Positions 16,379-17,688 of a DNA stretch of 17,688 bases are shown here, one piece after another. The position numbers and the translations under genes were made by a program. The first letter of the stretch is position 1. Every line of letters starts with the position of its first letter. The DNA comes from Candidatus Heimdallarchaeota archaeon (GTDB lineage Archaea > Asgardarchaeota > Heimdallarchaeia > Heimdallarchaeales > DAOWED01): NCBI GenBank assembly GCA_030638685.1, contig DAOWED010000075.1:1-17688 (forward strand), read 5' to 3'. Under the pieces are notes generated by a model. That model was not told the DNA's origin. It saw nothing but the letters and a program-made list of their open reading frames with translations, and did not search any database.

Positions 16379-16945
16379 TTATGGAACAACTAAACGATAA
16401 ATAATAGATTCTTCAGCAAATACACTGCTTCTGACTATTCTTACAACATCTCCAGCCAACGCATGAATGGTTTTTATTGCAGGATCGTTTTCAAAAATTT
16501 TGGGTAAGTCTCTAACTCCAATGTTGTATCTTGTAGTCATTTCTTCGATTTCTTCTGAAGTTAGTATTTCATGAAGTGGAACTAAGTCATGCTTGAATAA
16601 ATCAAAAATAGGGTGAGAAGATGATAAAATTTCTATTCCTGTACTTTCAGCTTCCTTTTTAGCATAATGAGTAAATCGCCTTCTGCTTACTAATACTGCA
16701 GAACTTAATCCTTCCTTCTCGAGTTTTTCGTTTACTTCCCTTACAAAAGAAATACCTACAACTTCTTTCATAGGTATTCTAACAATCATTTTTTCAGAAG
16801 TTTTATCGGAATCAGCATAGATATCTAGTGATTTTTCGGTCTCTTCATAAGAAGTGACTGTGTAACCTCTTCTTTTAAGAATATCAGTTATACCTCTTTT
16901 GTATCTTTCAATTTCGTCTTCTGTGAGTCTTTGATTACTACTCAT
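16379..16945 (-). CDS. rpoH: DNA-directed RNA polymerase subunit H (Rpb5-like) with additional N-terminal domain
   Basis: C-terminus HPIFDLFKHDLVPLHEILTSEEIEEMTTRYNIGVRDLPKIFENDPAIKTIHALAGDVVRIVRSSVFAEESIIYRLVVP is a classic RpoH/Rpb5 domain. It is preceded by ~110 extra residues. Confidence 0.92.
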   Translation of the reverse strand: MSSNQRLTEDEIERYKRGITDILKRRGYTVTSYEETEKSLDIYADSDKTSEKMIVRIPMKEVVGISFVREVNEKLEKEGLSSAVLVSRRRFTHYAKKEAESTGIEILSSSHPIFDLFKHDLVPLHEILTSEEIEEMTTRYNIGVRDLPKIFENDPAIKTIHALAGDVVRIVRSSVFAEESIIYRLVVP

Positions 16946-17199
16946 TTGCTATCCTCATATTGGGTTTTCAATATCAATTTAATAAGCTATTGTATCATTG
17001 ACTTGTAAAGATTCAATTTACGCTTTTCGCTTTGATTACATAAATTTCTGTTGTGAGAGATTATGCATAATTTACTAAAACTTGAGCATTTAGTAGACTA
17101 TGATACTTTGTGTTTAACTAGATTGCTTAACCTCGTCTTACTTCACAGAAGAAGCCTTCATCATAGCACGTTAACAAACAAATGTGTCAAGTTAATTAG

Positions 17200-17215
17200 T
17201 GGTAAGTTAAATATA
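17200..17215 (+). promoter_or_regulatory. Candidate TATA-like element upstream of the 17272 gene
   Basis: AAGTTAAATATAATC ~60 nt upstream of the GTG start; the start has its own TAGGAG Shine-Dalgarno. Pattern-only call. Confidence 0.3.
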
Positions 17216-17271
17216 ATCTAGCGAAACAATAAAAAAGTAACCTTTTTATTACTCCTTAGGAGAATAAATCT

Positions 17272-17688
17272 GTGCAGTTAGAAATCCCCGAGAACGAGTT
17301 TGAGCAATTTAAATCAATTATTGCCTCCCGGAAAGCAGAAGAACCTTTACTTGAACAAAGATATGTAACTGAGCAAACTGCCATGCGAAGAGCAGTTCTC
17401 ATGAATGATAAAGGTGACCTCACTGATAAAAGAGTGATCTATTTGGGAGATTCTGACCTTAACAGTGTTGCAGCTATTTTAATTAGTACAACTAAAGAAA
17501 CCGTTGTAGCAGATAAGCAATGTAGTGAAGCATTAGCTTATTTTCATGTCATGGCTCAGATCAGAGAACGGGAGTATTCAGTTGAGATGTTGTGCAGTAA
17601 AGGATACGATACACTATGGTCCATCAATGACGATAATTGGTGTACATTCGTTGCATTTCCCACCGATGACCTGGAGTGCTTGAATTAA
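17272..17688 (+). CDS. Short protein resembling the N-terminal part of BpsA/DUF43 (COG1568-type) aminopropyltransferase/methyltransferase-like proteins
   Basis: LLEQRYVTEQTAMRRAVLMNDKGDLTDKRVIYLGDSDLNSVAAILI recalls the RRV..M...GDL.GK.IL.LGDDDL.S.A core. GTG start after TAGGAG. TAA at the window edge. Confidence 0.5.
   Translation: MQLEIPENEFEQFKSIIASRKAEEPLLEQRYVTEQTAMRRAVLMNDKGDLTDKRVIYLGDSDLNSVAAILISTTKETVVADKQCSEALAYFHVMAQIREREYSVEMLCSKGYDTLWSINDDNWCTFVAFPTDDLECLN

Noticed and set aside
16946-17271. Possible RNA gene in the 326-nt intergenic region
   Set aside because: No tRNA cloverleaf, GTTCGANTC T-loop or conserved snoRNA boxes recognised by eye. Treated as intergenic, though a covariance search would be needed to exclude ncRNA.
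1-17688. CRISPR array, transposon or prophage content
   Set aside because: No regularly spaced direct repeats, transposase/integrase domains, terminal inverted repeats or phage structural genes were seen.

Overview
This 17.7 kb AT-rich window is a gene-dense archaeal chromosomal segment. Supporting evidence is tiaS, cofC/cofD, an RpoH/Rpb5-type polymerase subunit, GGTGAT-type Shine-Dalgarno sites and frequent TTG/GTG starts. The tail-anchored SNARE-like protein and two-domain Rpb5 suggest an Asgard (possibly Heimdall-like) lineage, but this is inference. Recognisable loci are tiaS, sdhA-sdhB, a coiled-coil/winged-helix gene overlapping a NYN-domain gene, a GcvH-like gene, a UPF0104/AglD-like membrane protein, a class-III (GSA-like) aminotransferase, a GT-C-like membrane protein, and a minus-strand run of rpoH/Rpb5-like, cofD, TIM-barrel (Dus-like) and cofC. 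The main points of interest are: (1) a syntaxin-like SNARE motif next to a C-terminal membrane anchor, with His at the apparent 0-layer position; (2) an RpoH whose N-terminal extension resembles the eukaryotic Rpb5 N-terminal domain; (3) a 148-codon open frame with no ATG/GTG/TTG that begins 5 nt after GGTGAG with ATA, or that needs a +1 shift at CTT-TGA; (4) a GcvH-like protein lacking the lipoyl lysine; (5) the long coiled-coil/wHTH protein coupled to a NYN protein; (6) a TTG-initiated 52-aa zinc-ribbon gene missing from the ORF track. I see no CRISPR array, tRNA/rRNA or transposable element.
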